In this document: in pieces, positions 24,695-37,603 of the stretch
Position numbering within the stretch: position 1 is the first letter of the stretch
How the letters are laid out: the number at the start of each line of letters is the position of its first letter
Origin: Kudoa neothunni
Taxonomy: Eukaryota; Animalia; Cnidaria
NCBI GenBank assembly: GCA_964304625.1
Contig: OZ199839.1
Location: forward strand, 1,092,180 to 1,156,179
Length of the DNA stretch: 64,000 nucleotides
Direction of reading: 5' to 3'
Program-made: the position numbers and the translations under genes
The notes under the pieces: model-generated
Seen by the model: only the letters and a program-made list of their open reading frames with translations
Database searches by the model: none
Told to the model about the DNA's origin: nothing

Positions 24695-27600
24695 TTACTA
24701 AACAAGAAACGAACGGACCAACTTTTCAACATGTTTAATAGTATTATATCAACCAATTATTGATATCTAATAAATGAATGCCATCTCATATATAATCCAT
24801 ACTTTCGTATTCAAAAGTTACCGAATAAAAAACTTTTAACGTTATAAATATATCATGTTTAATTAATAATACAATGACGAATTTACAAACAATTACAATA
24901 GATATAATTGTTTTTACATATTCGTTAATGAAAAAGTTTTATTACAAACTAATTGTAGTTAAACAAAATTAAGAAAATATATCAACATTTTTTCTACAGT
25001 TATATGAACGAAAGTAAAAATTATGACTTAAACAAAACTACCATTAATTTTAATGAGTTACTGAAGGGTTTTAAGTATCACTAGCTCGAATTGACAGCCT
25101 TCTCTCGTGAACGAGATAATCTTGCTTTAAAAAGTTACTTAAAATTTTCAAAAAGTGTATTAATTCTTCTAGGTAACCAATACAACGAATTAAGTTAATT
25201 TCTTAAAGAATCATACCTTTAACGATTGTGATTAGTGAAATAAAAATCATGATCATTTTAAAACATGGTAAAGATATACCAACCATGACCCCAAACCGAC
25301 GTTCAATAATTGAACATCGATGTTACCTTACTTTATATTCCTGAATTTTTATAATTTTTTCGAGAATGTTGTCTGAAAAGTTATTTATTAGTCCCTTTGA
25401 GTGTTTAAGACAGATTTTGGCCTGACAACAAAATTTTATACAACGATGTTTTAAGGAGAACATAAAAAATGCCATGAATTGTGTGTGGATACACAAATCC
25501 TACTAAAATTAATTTTTATTCCTCATATTAATTTCCCGCCATTCGTCAATAACTTTAATACATTAATTCCTAAAAACATTCGCGTAGCCCTTAATATTAT
25601 ATATCAGCCAAAAAACTTTAATAATTAGATAAGGCAAAATTTCAATTTCTGCATTAAACCTTATTCTCGAAAGTTCATTTAAGCGGGAAAAGTAACTATT
25701 TGCATGATAAATAATATTCGGGTGTCATTAGTTTTGCCTATATTTAATTATTTCTGGACCGTCGCTTCACTCTTAGGTATCAAAAATAAGTTAACTTAGT
25801 AGATTCTAAGAAAATAAATCTCTTCATAATTTATGAATAAGAGTTCCAAGGGGAAAAATCTCTATTGTGCAAGTGTACATGCAGTTTAGGATTAAATTTG
25901 ACCGTGTCAATAACTTTTGTCCTTATATTTTTCATCATATGAGTCAATCGGTCAGGTGGATCCATCTCATGTAACTGATGTCTTTCAATAAAGATCTGTC
26001 TTTGATTTTGATGTTATTTTCTAGTTAAAACAAGATTTCTTCTGATGCAAACGAATGAGGTAACGCGAGTAAAGACAACATTTATTTTGATAGTAATGAA
26101 TACTTAAATGTTTCTCTTCTTTTATTCTAGGCCGCGTACCAAGAATTCATTGGTTTTCTTCAATGAAATAACCATTAAATAATTTCAGGCTAAATTCTCA
26201 TCACTCAAGATCCTTATTTAAGTACTCGTCTTTAGCAATAATATTTGTAAATCTCTTTGAGAAGGATACGATACACGGAGTTTTCCCTACTTGACGTCTG
26301 CAGGATCTATCGTTTCAAGCAATTTTAAATTTACGGACGTATCGTTGGTCAAGACCAAATAAATACCAGTTTCGCCAATTTCACTTAGAAATCCAATGTT
26401 TAGGTATTAAAGTGAACAAGACCTTGAGTGCTTATTATGGTAGCATTTTGATTACAAATGGATTCAATTTTTGGCCAAAAATAAACTCATGTAGAGAAAT
26501 ATACTTTGATATGTCTTTAATATTTATACTTCATAGAATGTTATTTTTTATAAGCTCTCTTCTCAAAAAATAATTAAGTATCAACTAAACATTACTTAAA
26601 GACGGAATTCATAGTTTATAAACTCTAAAAATCTCAGCTTGAAATTAAACGTAGATTCTATTGGACATGCGTGTATAGAATTTAAATAATCATAGTATAT
26701 TTCACTTTAGATTTTGAGGGAGACTGCTATATTGTGCAACAGAGATATATCTTTTGAGATTCGACGTCGAATAATCTTTTTAACTCATTATATTTATTTT
26801 GATGTTTTGAATTATTTGAAACAATGAGTGGACTCTTCGCGCTAAGTCTTCTAACTCATTAGGAAATCGCTGGCATGCTTTGATACACATAAATTTATAA
26901 GGTAGCGTAAGCCTGGACGTAAAGTGATGAAACTATTCGCTTCAACGAATATTTTTACCTCTTTCTCTACGCACCGTCACACTTGCATTATCGCTGACAA
27001 ACTCTGTTAGTTTGTATAGGAATTTGGTGCTTTTCAAAAAAAAAAAAAAAGAATAAATAATTCCATCAGCATTATCATCAATAATCTCCACAGGGCGAGT
27101 AGTTTATCAACAGTTCACTAATTATTATATTCATAGTATCTAGCTAATAAAAAATTTGTTTGTATGTCAATATATCGCTGGCTTTTTTTTGCATAATTAG
27201 ACCGAATGTTTGGGTCGGTAATGTTGAAAATGGCTCATTTAACTGGTACATTCCGATATTATAACGAATAATTTTTTCACTTTTTGTTCGAGCACATTTA
27301 ATCCCCTTAAAGTTGATAGAATCTTCACCAAACTTGGCAATAAAGTCGGGTAGATGATCCAGAATTGATGTGGGTAACTTGTGCTCAGCATTCAAATACA
27401 CATAATTTCAATTCGTCGGTGACTCTCCACCTATTGCTTAAATAAGAGCTGTCAATTTCCTCAAAACTAATTATTTTGAGAGAATAATTTGGAAATCTAA
27501 TTTTCTGACGAAACTTTTCTTGTTTAGTATATCTTTCGCCTGGTAAGATACTACAAAAAAATTTTCCACTGCATAATTTACTGGATGCCCTAATCTTGTT

Positions 27601-30438
27601 CACCATACTAACATCAATCCACACGAAAATTCTTTCAATGATTCATCCAACGTTTCTCGGTTTACGTTCATACGTTTTGTTTGTTTTCTCAACGGTTGTC
27701 ATTTTGTCAATGTCAATATCGATATTACTTCTTTCGGCATTCATTCAAATTATTTTATCCGAATAAACAAAAAGATCGAAAAATTTGTGGAATCCCATTT
27801 TATTTCACATTCATCATAACTCAACTTAATCGATTATACAAGTCACGACATTTTGTTGTCTTATATAGCTGCAATTACTGTCGACATCATGAGACAATTA
27901 TTTCCATAAAATTATTATAATCTCATTAGTTGATTAGGTAACATGAATTTATAACAATTCTATATCGAAACTCATTGACCTTTAAACGTACCAATCCATT
28001 TACTTAGGGCAAAATGTACTAAATCTGGCAACCCTGAGCTACTTTATAATTTATAAATTACAATACAAAAATTTTAGCACATGTGCTCGTTGTATCCTAT
28101 AGTTGGAAGTTACGAAGCATTCCACATTTTAATGAAAAATACCCTTATCCAATTTATTTATGTGCAGAAAATAATTTATAAATCGGTTCCTCTCAGTTTA
28201 GATATTCTTATAATGTCCGATAGTGATTATTCTATAAACTAAGAGTTTGATTTCGCATTGCATCAAACAATTTTATTTAACGTTAACAAAGGATTAAACT
28301 ATTAGCTGTGTAACTTATCACATATCCAAAACAGCAACTAATAGATTTGTTCATTTACTAAGTTCAGTCAACATCCAAGTGATTTTTTAGAACCAGACGA
28401 CCATATTGAATAGAAGAATTTTTTAATATGTATTACAAATTGAAACATCATTGAATAAAAGGTGTTAAAGAAGTTCTGAAACAATAATTATCATTCGTCA
28501 TGTTTCGACGGACATCGTTATTTCAAGATGGAAAGCGTTGACGATGCTGTGTTGATTCTATTGCTCAATCTGATACTCGTATTATCGAAATCTGTGATGG
28601 AAAAATTTGTATAGGATTTTCTCAATGAATTTTAAGAACTGAGATTTCTAGATTCATAAAATATTTCAAACAAAGTTATCCAAAAGGAAGCAGCTGGCTG
28701 ATGAAACTCTAAAGGAGTTGTTCACTAGTAGAGATCAAATAGATTCTAGAGTGAAATTGTAAACTTCACAAAATTTCTAATGTTGAATGTAGGGGAATTT
28801 TGTTGAGTACGCCAAATTATCTCGACAAATCAACAAACACAACGATATATTAAGTGAAGATTTGAAATATTATAGAACATCACAATCTAGCTATATACTA
28901 AATTTGACTCAGATATTCACCGTTTTAGATGTACGCTTATTATTAACGACCACCTTAATTGCCAAATTAATAATACTTTGATTTAGGGAATTCTGTTTTT
29001 TTTTGTTGTATAGAAATTATGCTTCGAAACCTGTTTTCACATTCTCCGATAGTTATAAATCGTTTGATTTTCTACATTTTGTTGTAAGCTACCCCAATAC
29101 CAAATATACAAGTAAAATTACTTGATTGATTCTTGTATTGATTGTGTATATTAGATACTGTTGGATTTCCCTTTTGGTATTTTTCGTCAAGATTGTTCAC
29201 CTCTAAGATAATGAAGTTGATAGTCCATCAAATAACCATCTAAAGTCTATGTCGACTAATTTAGTGTCCTATTATATGTGGCTGTATTATTTTTTAATAT
29301 AAAAATTCAATTCACTGTAAAATGTAGTTATTATAATTATGTGTGGGTTGTTTTTTTATTTGCTTGTCTTAAACAGAAAGGTAATGGAAATTTTTATAAA
29401 TTACGCTTGTGTCATTGCCAATCACTTTCAAATTTTCCGAATTTTATCAAAAAATTTGCTTAATAAACTAATGTTGTAAATTATATGATTATTGTCTACG
29501 GTAAAATCTATCGTCTATCATGTCATTTTTATATTTATTCCGTAATTCGTATATCTTAATTTATTGTCGGTATGGTTTTAATTCTAATGACTCTAAAAAT
29601 GTTATTTTTAGAATATAAATTTTAATTCATAAGTTTAAAATAAAATCCGTTTGATCATGTTAATAATCCAACATACATGGTTAGTTTTTAAATGCCCGTA
29701 AATATCATTCAAATTAGATTTCTATTCTTTGCCGTGGGGGAATATTGAAAGCAGTAGTATGATTTCCACGCAATATCAATATAAGTTATTTTATTGATTA
29801 AAATGGTATTTATATTCCATTATTATAGATTTAATATAATAAATTAAAAATTATTTTATTTAAAGTATATTTGGGGGTAGACCATAATTGATTATTTGTT
29901 GGTTTTATGCCACTTGTTATTAATTGGCATAAAAAATATTGAAAAATAAAATGTATTTTGTGATAATATCGAATAAACCAAGCTATTAATTATAGGAAAA
30001 TTGCTTATTTATTAAGGTCAATTTTAATATTTTATTAAAAAAATATTTTTCTTATTTTAACATTTGATTTTTCCTATAATCTAATGGATCCCATACTTTA
30101 GAATTGACAATAGATTGTTTCAGGTACACAAAACCTGTTGAACTTTATCTAAAATATTAACTTATATAACAATTTTATAAAATGATCAACGTCAAGGTAA
30201 CCATATATACTCTTTTTTTATCGTAAATATTTGAGTTAGTATTATGATGTTGAATAAATTTCATGTTGGATTTCCTTCTGGTTACAAAGAATGCATCTAA
30301 TTTCCGTAATATTCCTTTAAATTAATATTCAGGGTAAGAAATTACTATCCATCAAAATATTTGTTAAGAGGAATTAATATTTCCGAAATATTTGTATTGA
30401 TGCTTCATTGGGTTTTAGGCGAATATTAATTCTGAGTG

Positions 30439-30464
30439 TATATATATATATATATATATATATA
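30439..30464. repeat. (TA)n microsatellite ~75 bp upstream of the paralog C start codon
   Basis: Read directly. Confidence 0.9.
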
Positions 30465-30538
30465 TGAATTATAATCCGATCAAATTTTTGATTTTCATAT
30501 TGAACGGCAACAATCGTCTATTTCTTTGGCAAAATATA

Positions 30539-33438
30539 ATGAAAGATTTGATCTATCTTTTGGGAGTTTGTACTTTACTGTCATGTATATACCAAATTTC
30601 AAAAGAAATATTAATAATAACTTATAGCCCGCTTTTTTCTTATATACACTCAAGGAAGTCAAGATGTTCAAAATCCAGTTACTACTGAAAACTCTTTAAG
30701 TTACAAACTTACGAGAGAGATAAATGAATTGAATATTAATTTGAAATTAAGTGGAACCGATTATACTGAGGGTAAAAATTGCCACATTAAACAATCCAAC
30801 AAAGATGTTACAAACTTTGATGAAATCACTGTATGCTCTGGTAATGTTTATGCAACAGAACCTAGAAAATGTGTTCATGTATGCTCAGGAAGTACCAATA
30901 AACTAACTTTTGACAAGTCTTCTTCAAGCGCGAAGTACATCGCCGTTTTTTCAGATAATATCGCAGAAACCGCTGCAAATAAAAATAAAGGTGGAGCTGT
31001 ATTTGGATTAGAGTTGCGTAACTAAACCATCTAATACTTTCAGTAAGTTTCTTTTAGTATTATTGGTCAATCCGCAAGTTACAATAACGAAAACCGGCCA
31101 AAAACTGAAATTGGGTACAAAAACTTGTAAACCGGTAAATTGTCCTATATTTTACAAGGATGTGAAATATAATGATGGAACAGCTGGTCAAAATTGTGCT
31201 GCAAATATTGAAAGTGAATTGGAGTTTAATTTGATGATACCACATTATGAAATGAAATGCGAGAACTATCCCAGTTTCTTTTACAACCTGCAAAATAAAT
31301 ACACTCTATCAACATTTGATGTTTATCGCCCACAGTATTACGTAACCCCTAGTTCGAGTGGAACAACGAAGTATATGATAAAGTTTACAAATAAATTTCC
31401 CTTCGAAATTTGTCGTTTCAATGTAAGAGAAGTGTTAGAAGACAATAGTAATAATGACTACACATCAAAGTGTGGTTTGGCAGATAAATGTCATGCTCCA
31501 TGTAATAATGTTGAACTTGAACTCACTACTTCTAAGTCTGTTGTTGAAATATTGATCCAAACCAGGCACGTATCGTTGGATAAAAGTGGCTCCGCATACG
31601 AAGGATATATTCAAAAAAAATTTGGTAGTTCATAAACGGGTTAAATTTGGTAATCTTCTCATAGTTGTTAAGGAAACTGATGATTCTATCTTATTGTCAG
31701 AACACTCCTCTGCTGGTGTCAAGCTAAATGTTCCGCTGTTTACTCAAGAAGAAGAACCTAAATTTTCCAGGTGTACCGCAACTTATTATGAAGCAGATAA
31801 ACCTAAACCTGATTCACCTGGAACGCCAAAGTGTGAAAAAAACAATGCGGGATGTGAACCAGTATGCACTGAGGCTCTAAAGATTATAGAGCTTAATAGT
31901 GGAAAACCATATATTCTTGAAATTGCATCAGGCAATAGCAATGGTGTTCTTAAAGAATTTAAAGAGCATATATTCTTTCGTACAGGTAATATAATGTAAT
32001 ATAATATAAAAAAATTAATGTATAGACAAAAAATCTGAGCCTACCTTTTCTGAAACAAACCCAACAGTGACGGATACAACTGTATCAATTAGAGCAATAG
32101 ATAATAGCGGAACACTTGGCGCAAAAGAAAAGACTTGTGCTTACTATATAAGCCCTCATGGAAAGGACGTGTATGTGTGTGCAATGTGCGAAGATAGTTA
32201 TCCGTGCAGGGGTTTTTGTAAGGATTCTCAAAAAATTATAGGACTAATGCCTGAAACTGAGTATGACCTAAAGGTTGTCGCCCATGAGGAATATGGCGAA
32301 AAAATCCACAAAATTACAACAAGTATATAAGTAATTGATCTTGAATTATATAACTAATTTTGTTTCAAGCTTTGTCAACGCTTACACTACGATCAGAATT
32401 TATAGAAAAAGGATTCAAGGTGACAGGGGTACTGTCAACACCATATCCTGCAGCCGTTTGTCACTATAAAGTAAATGTAAAGAAAGGGAACGAATCCAAA
32501 TTGGTCTATGAATGCCCGCCACTGGCTTCTACAACAAACACTGGAGCAACCATTACTGCATCTAAACCTTCTAAAATAGCGATAGCTAGATCAAATAATG
32601 GACAACAACCACAAGATGCACTATCATCAAATAAAAAAACCGAAATCACTCCATGCACACAACCACCATTATGCACTGATATAATATTCAAAGAAGGATA
32701 TGAAGCAGACAAGGAATATGAAGTTTTAATTACGGCCGTCGGTAGATCCGTAGAAACTATCATCAAAATACCCATAAGTAATAAAGCGCCTAATTATAAA
32801 TTAATATATTTCTTAATTAAATTAAATTATTAAGAATATGTGCATTAATTCTTATTAATCGATTTTCTAATTTAGATCCACAGTTCACCCTCACTAAGAA
32901 CCCAATCAGATTAACTGTGGCGTTTGCAAGAGAAGGCGACAACATAAAAGTTAAAACTTCTCTTCCTAAAGACGTTGATGAAAGGTTGTTATGCAAATGG
33001 GAATTGAAAAATTGGGATGATCCATCCAAACCAATCGTCCAAAAATGCATGGCAATTGGTGAGCAAGGTTGTTCAGCTTTTCCATCATGCAAGGAATTTA
33101 CAATTACAAATGTGGATAACACCAACAATTATCGTTTGATGTTATATCATAATGCAGATAGCAATATCACTGGTTTTGTCGAAATCCAGAAAGGTAATTG
33201 TATAAATATTATTGGTCGATATTTCTGGTTTTTGATTAGATGATGAATCAAACAAATCCATGTAAAATTAAATTGTTGATTTATTTTTGATTTATTTTAG
33301 GTCAAAAAATACAATGTACTAATTTATGGAAATATCTTCTTAATCAATTATTTTAGAATTATTGCTGTAGTAGTTCCAGTCCTCATCATCGTTGTGGGTG
33401 CGGGATTCTATTTCGGATATTGGAAAAATAAAAATTAA
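30539..33438 (+). CDS. Paralog C: intact Cys-rich FN3-like repeat type I membrane protein, 821 aa; exons 30539-30584, 30628-31017, 31058-31624, 31665-31985, 32026-32322, 32370-32777, 32876-33193, 33240-33261, 33301-33315, 33357-33438
   Basis: Exons sum to 2466 nt with no stop. Signal peptide MKDLIYLLGVCTLLSSRFFLIYTQG. FN3-type strand GLMPETEYDLKVVA. TM IIAVVVPVLIIVVGAGFYFGY followed by WKNKN*. Intron positions are identical to paralog A. Confidence 0.9.
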
Positions 33439-34151
33439 ATTTTTGTTTTTAAAGAATGCTTACAAATCAAAATTCGATTTAGCGGCAGTATTAATATATC
33501 ATAAATATTAGTTATCTGTTAGACTTTTTTTCATTTATTATTTTTAAGGACACAATTATTTAATCATGCATATTCATTTTTCTAAAAATTGTATTTCTCT
33601 TTATTTTATATTAATAAATACAGGAAAACTAAGAAATCATTTTTCCAATACCGTAATAATTGTATTCGAAAATAATAGCGAATTTTTGTTATGAATTGTT
33701 TGTTTTATTCGACTAAAAGTTGAAAATCATTCTACCTGTTAAACTATACATATTTATTCTTCAAATTAATATTTCGAAATGTAAAAATATTTTCTATGTT
33801 AAATTAGGCATTGTTATGATTACGAATCAATTATAATTGATGTTTTGGAAACCAACAGTTTATGAACTAACATAAAATCTTATTATTATCATTATTTAAA
33901 TTCAAGCCGTATATTGAATGTATATTTTTATTTAATTCATATGTGACTTCAAATTAATAAATTGTTATATTATCAATATGAACATTCTCAGTTGATTTTT
34001 AATTCTTTTGATTAATTCTCTAGTTCCAGACATCTTTAAATTTGGGTAAAACTTTAAAACCTGATTAATAATTAATATTTTATTCACTCAGAATAAAACT
34101 AAATACTTATATCACATATTTATACAACATACATGAATCATTGGACGCATT

Positions 34152-34170
34152 ATCTATCTATCTATCTATC

Positions 34171-34205
<35 letters not shown>

Positions 34206-36080
34206 AAAATCCTTTGTCTGTCTGTGTGTCCACAATTGCACATGTGCAACGGAGAAACTTTTTTTAAATATAGCTTTTAGTTCGCATTTGAGTAGATGAT
34301 ACCATTAACAAAAAAAGTTCATTTACTTAGAAGTATAATTAGGATCAATATCGCTATCAGAAATAAGGAATTTTTTGGCTTTTTACTTCAATTACCAGAT
34401 TAAAAGGTACCAGAATCATATTGATGTTTATTTACTTCAGAGTAATATTCAATTAGAATGAACTTTTACTCATTACATACAACAAGAATCTGCTAATTAT
34501 GATGTATAATGTTCAGAAATGTTACATATGCCTGTTTGGAGCAATTTTAAGACAAATAAACTATTAACGTCAAATTTACAGGAGTTGTTGTATTTCTCTT
34601 AAAATTTGAAGAATTACCAAAGATACATTATAGACAAAATGACTTAAGATCATTTTAAATAATGCACATAATTCGAGATTAAAGTTGCTGCCATGTTGGA
34701 ATAATTTTGATCCTTATACGCATTCTAAAAACCATGTAAGATGTGGGTAGAATTTAAAAACATTTAAATTTTGTGATAACTTCTTAAATGGAAATTTCTT
34801 TTTATCAAATATATCGATTGAGATTGAAACTATATTCGTCGTTCAATAAGTTTTTACTCCTTTTTTTGATTTTCCTGAACTTTCTTGCAAAACAGCTGGC
34901 ATCATTAATTCGATAAGTTTCCAAATTTGATGAGACAATTTTTTAAATAATGTTTAAGTTTTTAGTAACCTAATTATTCCTTACCCCCGGACCTTAAGAT
35001 TAATATTCAAATCAATGTACTGTTTTTTTAGGCTCGCATTAATTCATTATGATACAAAATCTGCATAAAAATATGCGACACCTCATTCTATACGTAGTTT
35101 AAGAATTTATATTCATGATTACTTATGCATAAAATACAGTCCTTCTCAATACGTGTCATGTAAGTTAATAAGGAATTATTGGTCTATTCGATCTAACCGA
35201 TATTTTCACAAAGTTTTCGTTAATCTAAGAATAGTTCAGTACAAAGAAATTTTTTTAGGGCAATCAAACAATACGTTAATTTGTCAAGGATGCATCCCTG
35301 AAGAAAACCAGTTGATGTTTAAGTATTATTGTAATTTTTCAAACCAAAAACACCTTTACATTTTTGATCTAATCGTATTTTGTTAATTAAATATGTATAT
35401 TTTTGAACCAGTAAGTATTCTTGATAAAAAGCAAAGTTGGGTTTATTTATAAATAGCGAAATTCTGTTATAATCATGAATACGTAAGTTACTGCTCACAG
35501 CTTTTCAAAACATCAATGGCATCATTATAAAATTAAGATAAAAGGAGTAACAATTACTATTTATATTTTGGAGGAATCTTAAGTTGATTTTATTTTTTTT
35601 ATCGTTTGTAGACTAATAATAAATTTTATAATTAGAAGGATTAATTTTTATCGCAAAATTTTGAAAAAAACTGAAAGTCCAATTTAAGTCGCTTAATGAT
35701 TTTGTTTCATAAATAGCTGAACTTTAATCGCTAATTACATTTCTCTTAAAATTAGGCTCATCATAGTTATGGTCAATAATTTGTAAAATAAAGTTAAAAT
35801 TACCCATTAATTTCTCTCCATACCTCTATTTATATTTGAATGGAAAGTGTGCGCATAATTTCGTTTATCTAAATCATCACAATGAAAAAATAATGACAAG
35901 CTTTAAAATGTATAAATTAAAATAGAAAAATTAAATGTTAAAATTTCCCATCACACTGTACCATGCAAAACTGGGCGTTAGCGCTATTTACTTAAAAATC
36001 AAAAAGGCTATAGTCTGCGCCAGGTGTTAGCCTACTTGGCTGGGCAAGGAAGTCTTCGTGAAGCGGGGCTTTTGCGCTAG
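34152..36080 (+). mobile_element. Possible non-autonomous Helitron-like element
   Basis: Begins with (TATC)n(TA)n followed by GTCTGTCTGTGTGTCC and ends with a GC-rich segment plus CTAG|T (36077-36081), typical of Helitron ends. The internal sequence was not recognised. Confidence 0.35.
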
Positions 36081-37603
36081 TACATTACTAAACTCAATCT
36101 TGTCATTAACTATATTCTAGGGAGCGTTACGCTAGAAATTATATTTAATTGTTTTAAAAATCAAAAATGCTCAGTATTAATATATAAAACTGTAATAATA
36201 AAGTTGAATCAGTTTATAGAACATGAAGATTTAAGAAAGATATCCCGAGCCAGAAACATTTCTCAAAATAAAATTTGGTTCATATCAGATTAATTTAATT
36301 TAAATGAAGTTGCAGATTGGAAATAGATTTTTGACGATAATACTACAACGTGTGGAGATCAAAATTATGCGGACTTATTGTCCACAAATTGTTAATCTGA
36401 TGTTATAGAACCAATTATTAAATTAGTCAAAATTTTAATCAAAAATATAAAAATATAGTTAACATTTTAGAGAAAGTTTTAATTCAAGAAGATTTATCTG
36501 TATTGTTTGATTTATATCGCATAAAGGACAGAATTTAAAAAATATCAATGGAAAGGTTTCGACACACAATATAACTATCTTATTAATTTGTATCATTTAT
36601 AAAACCTACTTTAATTATTAATCTTATTTTGACTGAAAACTTCGGGTCAGCATTGTCAATGTCAATCGAATTTTTAAATCACCAATCCACCCTGTACCTG
36701 TATGATTTCTTTCTCCTTCATACACATTTAAAGGGAGATAATTAATACTGTTACACGAACTTCGATCAAAAGAAACGTTTTTTCTATACCACTTAGTGAA
36801 ATGGTTAATAGCAATAATCTTTTGGTCTATTTGGAGATACTTTTATGTTACGTTCTTAATGGTTCGCATATAATAAAAAACTCAAATAAATTTTTTTATA
36901 ACTTCATTAGGTGTTCTCGATGTATTCAATAAATAGATCAACCAACTGAAGTTAAATAATCTAATGATTTTTTCATTTAATTTAAAAGCATACCATTAAT
37001 CTGAACTTAATTAGGGTTCATCGGGGCCACAAAAAAGGGCATTGAGGGTCGGAGTTAGTGCACCTCTACTATATAGTTTTTATTCCAATTAATTTAATTC
37101 TTCGATATACACACTTATTATTCGTTCTTCTTCAATTATATAGTGAGTTTTTTAAAATATAAAAAGTCAATTAATCAGGAGTATTTATATAACTGAATTA
37201 TTACGAAACTATTTGAATAGATTATTATACGCAATGAATATATATTGTACAAATAATTATCACAAATATATTGTTATCATGAAATGTTGAAAAGATTTTT
37301 CTACAAAAATGAATGTCGAAAGTACTACTTAACTGTTGTATTAGAATATTTGAATAGTATAAATGACTATAGATAATAAGTATCGTTGTCTCCTGATAAA
37401 GAATCAATCAATGGATTGTGGTGACTCCAGTCGTGTGTTCACCATTAAATTCATGTATGGAATAAATAAGAAAGTTTTATTACTTCTAAAATATCTGGAC
37501 AAAATCAATTAAATATGAATATAATGCCACTGTATACATTCTAATAGTATTAACTATAAATTCAATTTAGCTCAAAATTTATTCGATAGCTCACGACTTT
37601 AAA

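Noticed and set aside
25880-28950. Genes in the 27-kb ORFs and surrounding coding-like DNA
   Set aside because: The short ORFs lack coherent splice structure. They are probably further decayed transposase sequence, but the motifs are too weak to assign a family.
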